Below, in pieces: positions 9,746-26,560 of a stretch of 64,000 bases of DNA. Made by a program: the position numbers and the translations under genes. Under the pieces are notes generated by a model, which was not told where the DNA came from, searched no databases, and saw only the letters and a list, made by a program, of their open reading frames with translations. Position 1 is the stretch's first letter; the number at the start of each line of letters is the position of its first letter. Origin of the DNA: the human T2T-CHM13v2.0 reference genome, Homo sapiens. The DNA is taken from assembly GCF_009914755.1 (NCBI RefSeq), contig NC_060947.1, one strand, 5' to 3'.

Positions 9746-10941
9746 AGGTACAAATAAAACAAGTAGGATTAATTTACTTGACGGAACTGGAGCCTTTCGG
9801 AGCTTCCTAGAGGAATCATGTCATCCTAAAATGTCAGAGCTAAAAAAAATCAGAGAAAACACTTTATCTACATTTGTGAATAAAAAGACCAAGATTCATA
9901 GTGAAGGGACACAGCCAGTTAGTAGCAGAACCAGGACTAAGGGAGTGACAAGAATCTGTTTGACTTCAAATCGCTGGTACTTTCCTTTTCAAAACCTGGC
10001 CAGAATAGGGAATGCCCTTTTGCTGTAGGACTGACAACAGACCACCATGTCTGCAGTGTCTGTTCAGGTTCAACCATGTCATATAACATCCCCAGATAGG
10101 GGGTATCAAATTCCTGACACAGCATAAAGCTACAAACATCCCTTTTCATTCACCAGCTCCCAGAGTCTTTGAAAACCTAGAAATTGGCCACTTTTGCCCT
10201 TCAAGACCTTCTGCTACTTTGTTCAAAGGAAGCAGAAGATCAAAGGAAAGTAGCCATGTGGAGGCTCATTGTTCAGGCCTAGGCTGGCTGAGTTTCCAAG
10301 GCCTCCAGGGAATTAGGGATTGAGGACCATGTCAACTTGATTAGACCTTCAACTAGCCTTTCAGGAAATAATTCTCTCATTTGGGAGCAAAGAGAGTACC
10401 TTTCTCCCCATACTCAGTACATTATATCTGTTCCCTTCTTAATGCCTTTCTTTTTTCCTCTCTTCCATGACGCAGAAGTAACTGGATATTTGTGAAGACA
10501 GCCTCCAAGACCTTTCATATTCCCCCACATTTGTGTGTATCCCTGACACATAATACTTCAATTCCCTCAGCCTTAAAATCAGGCAAGTGTGCCTACATCA
10601 CAGGATTGTTGCAGGATTAAATGCAATGCTTTATTAAGTGAGTTGGAGACTCTGGGTTTATTCATTTCCTAAGGGACTTTCTGACACTAAAACACACACT
10701 AGCCAAATAGTGCTTCTCTTCCAAAATGGCAAATTACTTCAAGCAAAAGCCCTTCAGACTCAGCAGGGAAGAAGTAAAGAGTCAAATGTTACATCCACCA
10801 ATACCAGGAGAATCCAGGGAAGTCTCTTTAGTTTCTTTTTCTTGTATTCCTTATATTGCTGTTAGATTATGGATGAAGGAAAAAAACTCCCAGATCCTAA
10901 AGCATGCTGACTGGACCCAAATAAATGACATTATGAGAGCC

Positions 10942-11453
10942 TGTATTAGTTATCTATTGCCTTCCAACAAATTACCCAAAAATATTGTGGCTCAAAATAA
11001 TAAACATTTATTATCTCAGTTTCTGGGGGTCAGGAATTCAGGAGCAGCTTAGCTGGGTGGTTCTGGCACAGAGTCTCTCATGAGGTCGTAGTCAAGATGT
11101 TGGCTGGAGTGACAGTCATCTGAAGCCTTGACTGGGGTTGGTGGATCGTCTTCCAAGACGGGTTACTCACATGGTTGTTGGCAAGAGGTCTCAGTTCCTC
11201 CCCAAGTGGACCTTTTCATAGGGCTGCTTGAGTGTCTTCATGGCATGGCAGCTATGATATAAGAGAGACAGCAAAGAGGAAGTTGCCATGCTGACACCAT
11301 CTAGTCTCAGAAGCCACACACCACCACTGCTGCCATATTCTATTAGTTAGAAGTGAGTCACTAAGTCTAGCCCATGCTCAAGTGGAAGAGAATGAGTCTC
11401 CACCCTTGAAAGGGAAAAGTTTCAAATGTGTTGACCTATTTTAAAGCTACCAC
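10942..11453 (-). mobile_element. MaLR solo LTR (MLT1 family)
   Basis: tgtattagttatctattgc...aacatttattatctcagtttctgggggtcaggaattca...accaca. Confidence 0.75.
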
Positions 11454-12172
11454 AGGGCAGCTGTCTGGGTGGCTCCTTCATCAGTTTTCTTGCAACACTT
11501 CATATCAGCTCTCTGTACCTGCCAAACTTCAATGATTATAAATGTATGAGTCTAGTCATGTATAAAAAGCTCTGAAAAATTAGGTAGAAGAAACTTCAAA
11601 TAGTTTAATAAGCTTTGCATTGCATTTTCATTCCCCTTTGGTTGGATTTTCATTGGAATGTGGATTTCTATAAACTACATATTAAAACTCCCTTTATGGG
11701 TCATTGCTAATCTAAAACTTATGGTGATTTAGACAGGGATTGGATTATAAAATAACTTTGTCCATAAGCACAAATAAAAAAGTGTAAATGAGATCTGAGG
11801 AACAGTGTTTACATACTTTAATGAGGTCATTGCTTTCAGGCACTTTATGGGCAAACTTTCCATTTAATTAAATCACAGAGGCCAGATTTAAGCTGACACT
11901 TTAAAATGTTCATTAAAAAAATTATCCTTTTTGTACCCTGGACCCAAGGGAAAGATCATGAAGTATGTGCTATATGCACAACTATGTCCTGAGAACAATG
12001 AATCAGCTGTTTTTTAAGGCTATTTTTCTTTGTTTGCATTTTCCCCTAAATTCTATTGTAAAAAATTTTAAGCATGCAGAAAAATTGAAAGAATAACACA
12101 ATAAACACTTGGTTATCCTCCACCTAGATTTGATCATTTTGACATTTTGCCAAATTTGCTAATTCTCTCTCT

Positions 12173-12175
<3 letters not shown>

Positions 12176-12210
<35 letters not shown>

Positions 12211-12218
12211 AGAGAGAG
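12176..12218. repeat. (CA)n(GA)n microsatellite
   Basis: Directly visible. Confidence 0.95.
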
Positions 12219-13342
12219 ACATAGATGCACAAAGCCTATAAAAGCATCGCCTTTTTGGAGGTGCTGACCCATTTGAAAGTAAGTTGCAAATAATACCATC
12301 ACTCTTCACCCGTAAATATATCTCCCAAGGAAAGGGGACATTCTCCTATATAACCTTAATACCGTTGTCATATTTAAGAAGATTAATAATAATCCCATTA
12401 CATGGCCTTCGCATGCAAATTTTCCAGCTGACAAGTCAAAAAGACGCAGAAGCCAGCTTAAGGGTGTTCCTACTGATGAAATTAGGAAAAATTTGAGCAT
12501 CAGAATGAATGACAATAAAGGAGTGTAGCCCATTAAATGAAAGAAGGATCTGTGTGTCCATATTTATATAAATAAATGGTGGGGAGGCAAGGGGAAAAAA
12601 CATTGTCCTTGTAGTAGAAAACCACCTATTAAATAGAAGGAACAATGGGATAAGAAAAATTACGGTCATAATAAAAATCGATTTAGGCAAGAATCATCAA
12701 TGGATACTAAAATTAGTGGGTGGAAGCTTGAGGAGTATATTGTATTAGTTTCCTACTACTGCTGTGACAACTTACCACAAATTTTGTGGCTAAAACAATG
12801 CAGATTTATTATCTCACAATTCTGTAGGTTAGAAGTCCAATGCAAGTCTCCCAAGGCTAACGCCACCATGTTAGCAGGGCTGCATTCCTTTCTGAAGCTC
12901 TGGGGAAGAAGCCCTTTCCTTGCCATTTCCAACATCTAGAGGTATATATATAGCGTATTTTTATTTTCTCTATTTTTAATGCTTTGACATCTTGGGGGCT
13001 TGGTGACCCTGGAGCTCTTCCAAGGGCTAGCTAATCCCTAGAGATAGTAGAGGATTTGACTGCAAGTGTGCCTTTCTAATGCAAACCAACTAATCCAAAG
13101 CCCACATCCACAACTGCCTCCTCTATTGAGCTCTGACACCCTGGGCCACCACTACCCTGCCTTAATCACCCAGGCTAGGTGCCAGACACTAGAGACAGCC
13201 CTTACACCTCAGAGTCCACTGAAATTATTCAAACTAGCTGATCTAAACCTGCTTACCCTGCCTCACCCATTTCTTCCAATGGAAACCACAATAAAGGCTC
13301 TTGCCCACATTTTCACCTTGCACTCTCTGCCTCCTGACCAAC

Positions 13343-14095
<753 letters not shown>

Positions 14096-15361
14096 CCAAG
14101 CCCAGTGCTTCCTCATGTAGCCCCCATAATTTGGCATGTCCCTACTCTTGGGATCTGCGAGTATAACAAAGTATTTTTTCAATGGAAATAAACGCCTGGT
14201 CTGTCGGCCTCACTGTATCTGAATAATAATAAGATCCACATTTTAAAACAAAGGCCACCCATGTTTCTTAGCTCATGATCCCCTTCTTCTGTCTTCACAG
14301 CCAGCAAATGATGGGTCAAGTCCTTCTCACTTTGCATAATTCTAATTTTTGCTTCTGTCATTATAACTCCTTCTCTGATTCTGATTCATTTGCCTGCCTC
14401 TGGAACTTTTAAGGACCCTTGTGATTACCTTGGGCCCACCAGCATAATCTTCCTCTCAGCTGATTAGCAACCTTAATTCTGTCTGTAACTTTTATTCAAC
14501 CTTTTGCCATGTAACATATTCACAGTTTACAGGATTAGACATGGCCATCTTTGGGAGGCCATTCTGCCTAGCACCAGGAGTAAAAGGATATTTACAGAGT
14601 CTCAAAGTTTTTCCTCACAAGATGTTCATTAATTACAAAGGGGAAAATAGTAAGTAGCTTTATAGTAGAGAAATTTGTCATACAAGGCCTTAATCAAGTG
14701 ATCGAATTCAGCATCACCAGAAATGGGACAAACTGACATAAATGTGATCCACAATATGATGTACTGAGTACACATGATTTCTGTGCTATTCCTGCCAAAA
14801 ACATGCATAACCTGAGTCTAATCATGGGAAAATAGACAAACTCAAACTAAAGAACATTATACAGAGTAACTAATCTGTATTACAAATGTCAATGTTGTGA
14901 AAGGCTAAGAAGGACTAAGAAAGTATTTAGGATTAAATGAGATTATAGACATAAGACAACTAAATGCTTTATAAGATCTGAAATTTTCTTTTGCTGTAAA
15001 GGACATTATTGGGACAATTAGCAAAATTTGAAAAAGGTCTATAGATTAGATAACAGTATAGTGTCCATGGAAATTGCCAGATTTTAATGATTATTAGTGT
15101 GGTTATGTAAGAGAATGTCCTTATTTCTTAGAAATTATCACTGAAGGAAAGAAGCATCATGCCTGCAGTGGACTTCAAAATGGTTCAGGAAAAAATTAAA
15201 TATATAAATGTACATATTTTGTGTGTGTGTGTGTGCATGTACATATGTGTGTGAGAGAGAGAAGGAAAAAGTAAATGTAGTAAAATGTTAACACTTGGAA
15301 ATTATGAGTGGAGTTTATATGTTCATTCTTTGTATTATTCTTGCAACTTTTCTGTAAGTAA

Positions 15362-15695
<334 letters not shown>

Positions 15696-16262
15696 TTATT
15701 TTTTTTAATTACCTAATATTTTGGATTTCATAGCTATTTTTTCAACTAGAATCTAATCATGGTTCATAGAAACATTTGGACATTATGTTCCTTCAGTTTC
15801 AATCCATAGCACTCCTCCTCACTTTTCCTTTCATGACATCAACTATCTAAAGAGTCCATTTCAACTGCTTTGTTCTACATAATGGATTTATCTGCATGTT
15901 TCCTTGTGGTGTCATTTAACTTATGCCTGGTAGTGTGAGCTATCAGTTTTCTTACTCCAATGTCACTACTGAAAGGTCTTCTTACCATGGCAGACCAAGG
16001 TCTGCCAAACCTATAAATACTTATTAGCAAGAAGGCACACAAAACCATCACATTGTTCCATAGTACAGGGTTTGCCCACTCTCCCCCAGAACACACCGAC
16101 TAGCACCTTATGTGAGAGGCTTACTCTGAAGTGAATACAAAGATATTTGGGCAGCAGGACTGGATAGACTCAAGTGATAGTCAGGGGCTGTTGAGAAGAG
16201 GAGAGCCATGGGACGTTGTATCTCAAGACCTCAAGAACTACACATATTGTTTTAAACTGTTT

Positions 16263-16597
16263 GGCTGAGTGCAGTGGCTCATGCCTGCAATCCCAGCACT
16301 TTGGAAGGCTGAGACAGGCAGATCACTTCAGGTCAGGAGTTGGAGACGAGCCTGGCCAACATGGTGAAACCCCATTTCTACTAAAAATACCAAAAAAAAA
16401 AAAAAAAAAAAAAATTAACCAAGTGTGGTGGCAGGCGCCTTTAGTCCCAGCTACTCGGGAGGCTGAGGTGGGAGAATCGCTTGAACCAGGAGGCAGAGGT
16501 TGCAGTAAGAGGATATCACGCCACTGCACTCCAGCCTGGGCAACAGGGAGAGACTCCATCTCAAAAAAAAAATAATAAAAATTAAAAAAATAAAAGT
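16263..16597 (+). mobile_element. Alu with expanded middle A-tract
   Basis: Alu consensus; long A run in the linker at ~16392-16414. Confidence 0.9.
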
Positions 16598-16605
16598 AAA
16601 ATGTT

Positions 16606-16913
<308 letters not shown>

Positions 16914-17299
16914 TTAGACATAAAGAGTGGCGCATTTTGAACATTATCCCCAACCAACTGCTTTTCATGACCACCACTCATTTTGCCAATAAAATATTCT
17001 TCACATCCCTTCGTGTCAACTAACAAAATACTAGATATAGGCTTAGTAAGGATTCTTCAAGCTCTAAATAATCAACTCCAGCGGTATTGAGTCCTGAATA
17101 GGCCCCTTCATTGACTACTGCTGGAGTGGATACATGCACGCTCACTTATGTACACTTATCCACTGTATACACATGTAAACACGTATACACTTCACCTCAT
17201 TCTGAAAACAATCACCCCCCAGGGACTCATTTTGCCCAACAAACACACACTTGTTTGCTACAGGTCATTAAAAATAGCAAAGGCTGCTGGAAGTGTTTT

Positions 17300-17765
17300 T
17301 ATGCTCACATTCCCTATGACTAAGAAAATGCCCACCTGAATCTAATCCTGAGAAAACTCAGACAAACCTGAATCAAGAGGCATTCAATAAAAAACTGCCC
17401 TATAATCTTCAAAAGTGTCCAATCCATGGAATTCAGAGAATGACTGAGGAACTGTTTCAGCTGAGGGAGATGGAAAAGATATGACAGCCAAGTTCCGCAT
17501 GTGACTCTGCACTGATCCTTTTGTGATAAATGGCGTTACTGGGATAGTCGTCAAAACTTAGTTGGCATCTGTAGATTGCAGGGTCTTAATGTATCAATGC
17601 TAATTTCCTGACTTGGATGGCTGTATTGTGGTTGTGTAGGAAAATGTTCTTTTTTATAGGATTCAGGAGGGTTGGAGCATCAGATTGGGAACTGGTTCAG
17701 GGAAAAACAATTCTGTATTCTTCTTTCAACCCTTCTGTAAGTTTGTGTTTGTTTCAAAATGAAAT
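17300..17765 (+). mobile_element. L1MC-type 3' end fragment
   Basis: aatctaatcctgagaaaactcagacaaacc...gactgaggaactgtttcag...ttctgtaagtttg. Confidence 0.6.
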
Positions 17766-18161
17766 AATTTATTTTTTTAAAAGATAATGCCAATTGTGCA
17801 TATTGAAGAGTGTTAGATAAGTGGGTGGCTTGAGAGGTGCTAGTAGAAATTGAAGGAGTGTCTGAGGATCTTTCTCTCACAAATCCACCCTTGGCCTTGC
17901 CCCTGGTTGTTCTCTGGGAATCCCTCAGATACTTCACTTCTTCTCCATGAAATCTTACATCTTCATCTCAAAGCAAAGGGATTCAAGATGATTGTGGGGA
18001 TGACGTGGTGATTTCCACAGACTCCTCAGTTATCCTGTAGTATGGCCATAAGCCTCCCCACTCAAAGACAAATGTGCATGGCTCTTCTTTGTGTTCCTAT
18101 GGAACTTGATTAGTTCACCCTCAATTAAGTCATGCTTACCTAAACATTCTAGTTGGCATGC

Positions 18162-18478
18162 TGTTTTCAAATGTAAGTTTATTATTATTCAAATATGGTG
18201 AGGCCAACAGATCCGATTGCCATTGAAAAGATGGTTGGTTACACTTCCAAAGAAGATGGAGACGCCATGCCAGTCAGGACCACGTGGAGTGTAAGAGTTC
18301 AATAAAAGAAGTGGTTGAGGGTATGGGCTTTGGATTGGTTGGTTTGTATCTAGAAAGACACACTTGCAGGTGAGCCCTTCACTATCTCTAGGAATTGACT
18401 AGCCCTGTGAGGGGCTGTCCCTCCAGGGTCGGCAAGGCTCAAAAACGTGAAAGCATCAGAAACACAAGACTAATACAC
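18162..18478 (-). mobile_element. ERVL LTR40-like, internally deleted
   Basis: actatctctaggaattgactagccctg...tccctccagggtcggcaagg, the reverse complement of the 12943 element. Confidence 0.55.
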
Positions 18479-19232
18479 AAACCCAGAGTAGATAGCTACC
18501 ATTGCTCTTCCAAAATGACTTACACATGTCTGGTGGCCTGAGGCCTCAGTTCTTCTCCACATGAACTTCTCCACAGGTCTTAAAATTTTCCCTTTCTGAA
18601 CAAGAAAGACATAAATGGAAATGGCCAAGCAAGATGGAAGACCCTGAGTGAAGTGCATACTGAGGTTTCAGCAACTCTTGTCACACCCTGCAGGTTTTGA
18701 TAGACTAGAAAAATGACAAGACTCCAAGTCCTTGAAGAGGAGGAAAAGTGTGAAGAAAACAAAAAAGGGAGATTTATGTCTGCTTCACCATTTTGCCCAA
18801 GACTTGACCTGTCATACACTGAAGGTACTTGAATGTTTATAATCATAAATTGCTTATTTTAAAATTAAAACTCTAATCTTTCTATATCATTAGACAGGCT
18901 TTTTCCCCAATCAGTCTGGATTGTCAAGACTTCTCTATATAAGCATCATGCTTTGTGATGAAGGATGCACTCATTCAATCAGTATTTATTGAGCACTCAC
19001 CATGTGCCAGGCACTGTAATCAGGGTTGGGGAAAAAATGGTGAAAAAACAAATATGGTGTCCTCCTCTATAAAGCTTACTTGACACTCTAACAGGGAAGC
19101 CAGAAAATCAAGTAACATGAAATAGATGTGAGACTACAACAGTGATAAATGCTGCAAGTTACAGTAAGGAAACAAGAGTCGGGGAAGAGGTAGTTTTTCA
19201 GAAGGAAGTTAGAAGGAGGGTAAATATCAGAC

Positions 19233-20037
19233 TGTTACTGGTGGAGGGTGTCCAGGTTCTTGGCGTTTTGAACAAAGAATTGGACAAAACACACAAAGCA
19301 AGGAAAGAATGAAGCAACAAAAGCAGAGATTTCTTGAAAAGCAGAGCACACTCCACAGGGTGGGAGCAGCTTGAGCAAGCAGCTCAAGAGCCCAGTTACA
19401 GAATTTTCTGGGGTTTAAATACCCTCTAGAGGTTTCCATTGGTTGTTTAGTATACGCCCTATGTAAATGAAGAAACTAAAGTGAAGTTACAAAGTTATTT
19501 ACTCGGTGTACATCATATGTAAATGAAGAGGATAAAGTAAAGTTACGAAGTCATTGTATTAGTTCATTTTCACACTGCTGATAAAGGCATACCCAAAACT
19601 GGGAAGAAAAAGAGGTTTAAATGGACTTACAGTTCCACATGGCTGGGAAGGCCTCAGAATCATGACGGGAGGCAAAAGGCACTTCTTACATAGCGGCGGC
19701 AAGAGAAAAATGGGGAAGAAGCAAAAGCAGAAACCCCTGATAAACCCATGAATCTCCTGAAACTTATTCACTATCCCAAGAATAGCATGGAAAAGACGAG
19801 CCCCCATGATTCAATTACCTTTCCCTGGGTCCCTCTCACAACACATGGGAATTCTGGAAGATACAACTCAAGTTGAGATTTGGGTGGGGACCCAGCCAAA
19901 CCATATCAGTCATTTACTCATTGTATGCCCTATGTAAATGAAGAGGCTATTTCCTGTCATAGCTGAAGTGTTTCCATTTGATTTAGTTCTAGGAAGTCCT
20001 TAGGTTCTCTGCCTTCAGGCCCTATTCTCCTGCCTCA
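19233..20037 (-). mobile_element. ERV1 solo LTR, MER51-like, split by THE1
   Basis: tgttactggtggagggtgtccaggttcttggcgttttgaacaaagaattggacaaaac...cctattctcctgcctca. Confidence 0.8.
19555..19908 (-). mobile_element. THE1 (THE1C/D-like) MaLR solo LTR
   Basis: tgtattagttcattttcacactgctgataaag...agccaaaccatatca; perfect 5-bp TSD gtcat (19550-19554 and 19909-19913). Confidence 0.88.
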
Positions 20038-22612
20038 GTGGTAGTCCCCAAAATAATATAGCTAATTACTATGCTGAAGCTACCCAGGATAACAACATGT
20101 TTTGAGGTGGGAAGGAAGACTGTGAGTAAGGTGCAAAAGTCTTCCATCAATGTTGGGGAGTTACCAGGAGGTCAGTAGGAGAGACAGAAGGTGGGACAGG
20201 GATGAAATGGCATGAGCTGGAAAGAGGTTTTTTGTTTTTAATAAGAGTTCTAATAATACCATAGAGAATGTTCAGGAAGAGGCAATGAAGAAAAAGGGAA
20301 AATACTAATCGTGAAAAAATGAATGCAAACTTTATAATTTTCTAAAATGCCCATGGGCCTCCCCATGCCCCCACTGGAAAGTTAAGGCAATGTAAAACTG
20401 ATCTATGAAAGGATTTGGAGTTGTTCCACAGAGCATTCAGAAGCTTTTTATTAATCATTTATTCCCCATCTCTGCCCTTCCTTCCTATGACCTCATGCTT
20501 TGTCTATTCTCCCAATAAGCATGTTTCTGAAATATATGTTTTCCATTCCAGGCTGACATTCATAATTCTAGTGCCTTCTAGTGCACAATTTGTTTCCCAT
20601 TTCAGTCCACTTCTTTCAGCAAATAGATTTGCTTTCAGAAGAGCAGCCTTAAGGAACAGCTAGCATAATATATGGTCCATCAACTAGAGAGTGTATTTCT
20701 CAACAGCCCACTCATATTTCATAAATCACAGAGCAATTATTACAACTGATTTACTCAGAAAATTTCATTTTATTTTCAATTTAATTATTTTGATTGATAA
20801 AAGTAAGATGGTTAATGGCTCCTTTTCTTGGAACTCTTAAAACACAAGTATATAATATCTAGCTTTCTAAACTAGTGAAATTCATGGTACATTGCATTTG
20901 TGTTGTGAAAATCATCATTTTTGAAGCTAAATTAGCCTCTCTACCCACTGAGAGAAGGTGCTCAACTTGAAGAGCCTGTGGCAGAAATCTCAGCTAAAAT
21001 AAATTTAGCCCCTCACTCTCTTTCCCAGTGAATCTGATATCTCTATCCAATACAATGTCTGCAATTTAAAACATGTACACAAAGATAATTGGAATTTTCA
21101 AAGAAGCAAGTAACTTATCAATGACTGGAGATGCCTGTTTAAATGTTCTCTCACCTTTATATCTTGCAGGAAGCTCTTGTTTGACCTTCTGAAAAAAATC
21201 TTGAAGTATCTATGAGAACAGCTATTATATGAAGCAGAGATTATAATAGATATGGAGTTTAAGTTGCAGAAAAAGAAGACTGAATTATTAAATGGGACAT
21301 CAGAAAATAAAAGTCTTTCCTTTTATCTAGTTTGGAGGACCTAAAAAAATCAATAGGCAGAAATTTACATAATCCTTATTAGATTCCACGAGCTACAAAT
21401 GTACTATTAGTACAGATTGATATGAAAGAAAGATTAGTTATGCTTATGGATAGGTAAGAAGAGACACTCTTGCAAAATGGTAGATTGAAACACCCACTGA
21501 ATCTTCCTGGAAGTGTGTTGAAATCAGTTAAAGGGTTAATGACACAAATATGAGGATGATTTTGTAAGGGTATGATGAAGGGGGCAAACAGCCTAATCAA
21601 AAGAAAAAAGAAATAGCACATCATGCAAGGTTATCGACACTGTTCTCAGTAACCTCTTGCATCCCTGCTGGAAAGAAACTAGTAGGGTTAAGTCAAGAAT
21701 TTCCTATTGTGAAAGGAAGAAGTGACCATTGATTTGTGCCTTGTCACTCAGGTTAACTGCCAAAGAACTTTGCTCATCCAGGGGTGCATAAATGAATGCC
21801 ATGTGCTACCAAAAAAAAAAGTAATAAAGGATTAAATAAGGCCATGGAAAAATGAAGCAAACTGTCACCTGGCAGTGTCTCAAGCCTGCAAACTTGATAT
21901 CCCCAACTGCATTCCAAAAGTAGGGTTCAGAGACCACAAGTGCTACAGGCATGGATGAGTTAATATTTATATCTAGGAAGAAAGGATTAGCATATGCCTT
22001 CCAAAGAATGTTTCAGCAAATGCATGCAGCTGCCTGGGCATTCGCAGTTGATTGAAATGACTCAGGGGTCAGGTTTTGGTGGCCAGGCCTGCTCCACCTT
22101 TACTGGAATGCATGAGTCATGTGTTAGTCGGCTGGGTGAGAAGACTACACTGGCTTTGCGCATTCTTATATTTCTCACAATCCAGACAAAGCAACCACAT
22201 GACCAGATTCCAACAAGACTAACAGTCAGATAAGGAGGGAAAGTCATTGAAATAAACGAGAGAAGAGAAAACCTAAATGTGTTTTAAACTTCTAAAGCGA
22301 GAACTGAACAATAAACAGTTTTCTACCACAGGGCTTCTATAAGACCAGTAACTTCTATGCTCCCCAAAAAGTATTTATGAAACTATTTGAGTGGTTTTAC
22401 ATCTTGATTATTCTTCCACTTAAATATTGTCTTTAAATGACCTGCCTGGGTGCATGTCCAGAATGGAAATAGCAAAAGTTAGATGTCTTACAGTCCAAGC
22501 TCTACAAGTCCTAGCTATGTGACCATGTTGGTTATGATTAGACCAACTGCATTTGGTCTAATCCTAACCTCTGGGTGTTTTAATAAACTCTGATAGCCTC
22601 CAGGGATTATTA

Positions 22613-22991
<379 letters not shown>

Positions 22992-23967
22992 TCAGAGTCC
23001 TTCTATCTGCTTCACCATTCTCATACATACATGGTTTGCATCCTCAGTGTCACAATATGGCTACTCTGGCTGCAGCCATCACATCTACATTCCAGGGAAC
23101 AGGAAGGTAAAAGGGGTAAGGCAAGAAGAGGCACGTCCTATTCCTTTCTAAGGAGTCTTTCCGGAAGTGACACCCAATAGCTTTCATATTGGACAGAATT
23201 CAGTTATAATGCCATGCTTAGCTGGGAAATATACTCTTTTAGTTAGGCTGCCACCCTGAAAAATATCAGGACTCATTGACTAAAGATGTAAGGAAAAGTG
23301 AATATTAGGTAGGCAACAAGCAGTCTCAGCCAGAGTGACATTAAAGTCACCACCATCTTTGAGTCCATTGTCTGTTCATTTATAAAATGGATGTAAAATT
23401 TATAAAATGGATAGGCAATGCCTACTTGACATGATTGGTGAGGTGAAAAACACTATACAAATATTAGCTGATAACAGCCCCCAAAACCTAGCTTAGAATA
23501 ATAGGTATCCAAGTGTACATTCAGTATTACCCCACTTTCTGGAAAAATCAAGTCCCTAGTCAGATAAGAGTTCAGAGACTCAGTTTTGCTTCACTACCTC
23601 ATCCTAGTCCTACTACCTGGACATCTTCTCTTTTCCTTTCTTACAAATAACTTGAAGAAATAGCTCTCTTTCTTCATTCTGTCTTCCTAGTTCTCTAGTG
23701 TCTCCATGACTGGGCCCAGACTTGCTCTTCCCACTCTATATTGCCATCAACCTTTAAAACTTGAGGATCTCTCGTTTTTTATACAAATCCTTTCAGTGTT
23801 TTTTAAAAACTCACAAGTCTTCATAGGATCATTACTTTCTCATCTCACCTGTATCTTTTGCATTTCCTGGGAAACTGGACACAAGAACTTAATAGACATG
23901 TGCAATGTAATGTGTATTACTATGTAGGGGCAATTGCATTGGTCCCTACTTAGAAATGTGGTAATGA

Positions 23968-24222
<255 letters not shown>

Positions 24223-25698
24223 TAAGATACACTCTTCAGGTCTCTCATGTAGTGCTAAGAATAAGTTAACATTTTACAGATGTGAAAATTTTAGTTTCAG
24301 TGATTAAGTGAATTGTTTCTGAATTTAAGTAGCTCATCCAAGACCTTCCACGCTATAAGCAGTAGTGCTAAGATCTATATCCACCATCCGTTTCCAAGCT
24401 CAGGCACTTTTTCACCAGAATAAAAATGCCCAATTTCTACTTAAGTCAATGCAAACCACACTGCTCTATTTTATGGTGCATTGAGAAAATTTAAGGTTTA
24501 AAACTTAGAAGTCTAAAATATGCTTCTATCATGATAAACTATACTATTAGCACTCATGATTTCAAACACTAAAATAAAAGGTGGTGGTGAGATAAAAATC
24601 CATGCTAGTCATTTATTTATAAAGCTTTATCCTACAGTAGTCTGTTCGACAGACAGGTCAATCAATCTTGACTATAATGAAAAATCTTGCTTGTCTTAAG
24701 AATAGGTATGTAGCCCAGACCAGGTTTTCCTAAAAAATTATCTTCCTGTAGGTAGCTTTATAAGAATAGAGACATTTTAAATTTTAGAAGATTTTGGAAT
24801 GTCTGGTGAAATTTCAAGCCACTAAGGTTAAAGTAATTGTTTTATAAAACAATGCCTTTGCAAATTGGCATCTAAAATTGGTATATTGATGAGGGAAGGA
24901 AGGTTCTAATCTAATGCAGAGGCTGCTGAAGAGTCGGCATACAGAACTGACTTCAAGAATGCCTGAAGCTAAATGTATTGATTGAAAAGGTCAGCATATT
25001 AGCAGAAGCATCCATTAACCCAAAATAGTGAGCATAACCAAGGAAACCAAGGGGAAAATGGAAAGCTCTTAAACAATGAAATGGCTTTTGCCTTCCTGAA
25101 ATGACACCTGACTATCTATGTCTCCATCCCTGGAGCGTTTTCACCAGAGCCCTAGGATTCTGAACTAGGGTGGCTATCACTGCATGAAAAATGAGAAGTC
25201 CATTATGGAACACAGGTAAAATGTGGAAGGCTTGTTGAAGACTCACTAGCATGAAAAAATAAATGAATCACTTGGTCGTAACAATAATGAACAGCTAAGA
25301 ACATAATAAACTACAGAAAGTGACCACCAAGCAAAGTTAATATTATACATAAAATGCATAGTGTCTTACATTTTAACCAAACATAGCCGGATGTATGACA
25401 GGATGCAAGAACCACCTGTGGGAAACAATTCATAGCCACACAATCCTTGCCAGGATAATTACATTGAACTGTCAAAGGCCATGGTTTTGGCCTTCCTTGG
25501 GTCTTTGTGATTTTATACAGACATAAGAGACTGGCAAGACACTACTGGAACCAAACCATAGTTTTGCTGATTAAAGGCTAAAACAGGCTGCCCTCCATTG
25601 CTTCTACCTCACTGAGGCCCCAAAGACCTTGATCTCTAGGATCCAATGTTTACTGGGATTTACCACTGATGTAGCCAAACATATGGAATTTGGAATCA

Positions 25699-26030
<332 letters not shown>

Positions 26031-26229
26031 TTAATTAAGAAGAAGATAAGAGGTTTCTAAGAGATAACATGAGAAGTCCCCTATTATGATACCTAACAAA
26101 GAGTAGCTGATGCCCAGTAAATATTAAATATTCCCTTTCTTCTTTTCTCTTCCTCAGCTCAGAGAGGAAGAAAGGACCGTGTGAGAGAAGAAGGGAACAG
26201 CCTTTCATCCATAGGAGAAGTTCGTCTAT

Positions 26230-26560
26230 GACAAAGCCACTAGCTCCATGTGGCCGCTGAGCACTCAAAATGTGGCCAGTCTGAATTGAGATATGTTGTT
26301 AGTATAAAGTCCACATCGGCTTTTTGAGCACTTTGTATGAGAAAAAAGAATACCAAATATCTCCTTAATAATTGTTACATTGATTATATGTTGAACTGAT
26401 AACATTATGGATATATTGGATTAAATAAAATATATTATTAAAATCAAATAAAAAATAAAATCAATTTCACCTGTTTCTTTTTACCTTTTTAATATGGGTC
26501 CTAGGAAATTTAAAATGGCACACATGGCTCACATTTGCACATCTACCTTTAGTGGACAAA
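26230..26560. mobile_element. MER33/MER3-like hAT DNA transposon
   Basis: agccactagctccatgtggccgctgagcact...tattattaaaatc...cacctgtttctttttacc...atggctcacatt. Confidence 0.65.
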
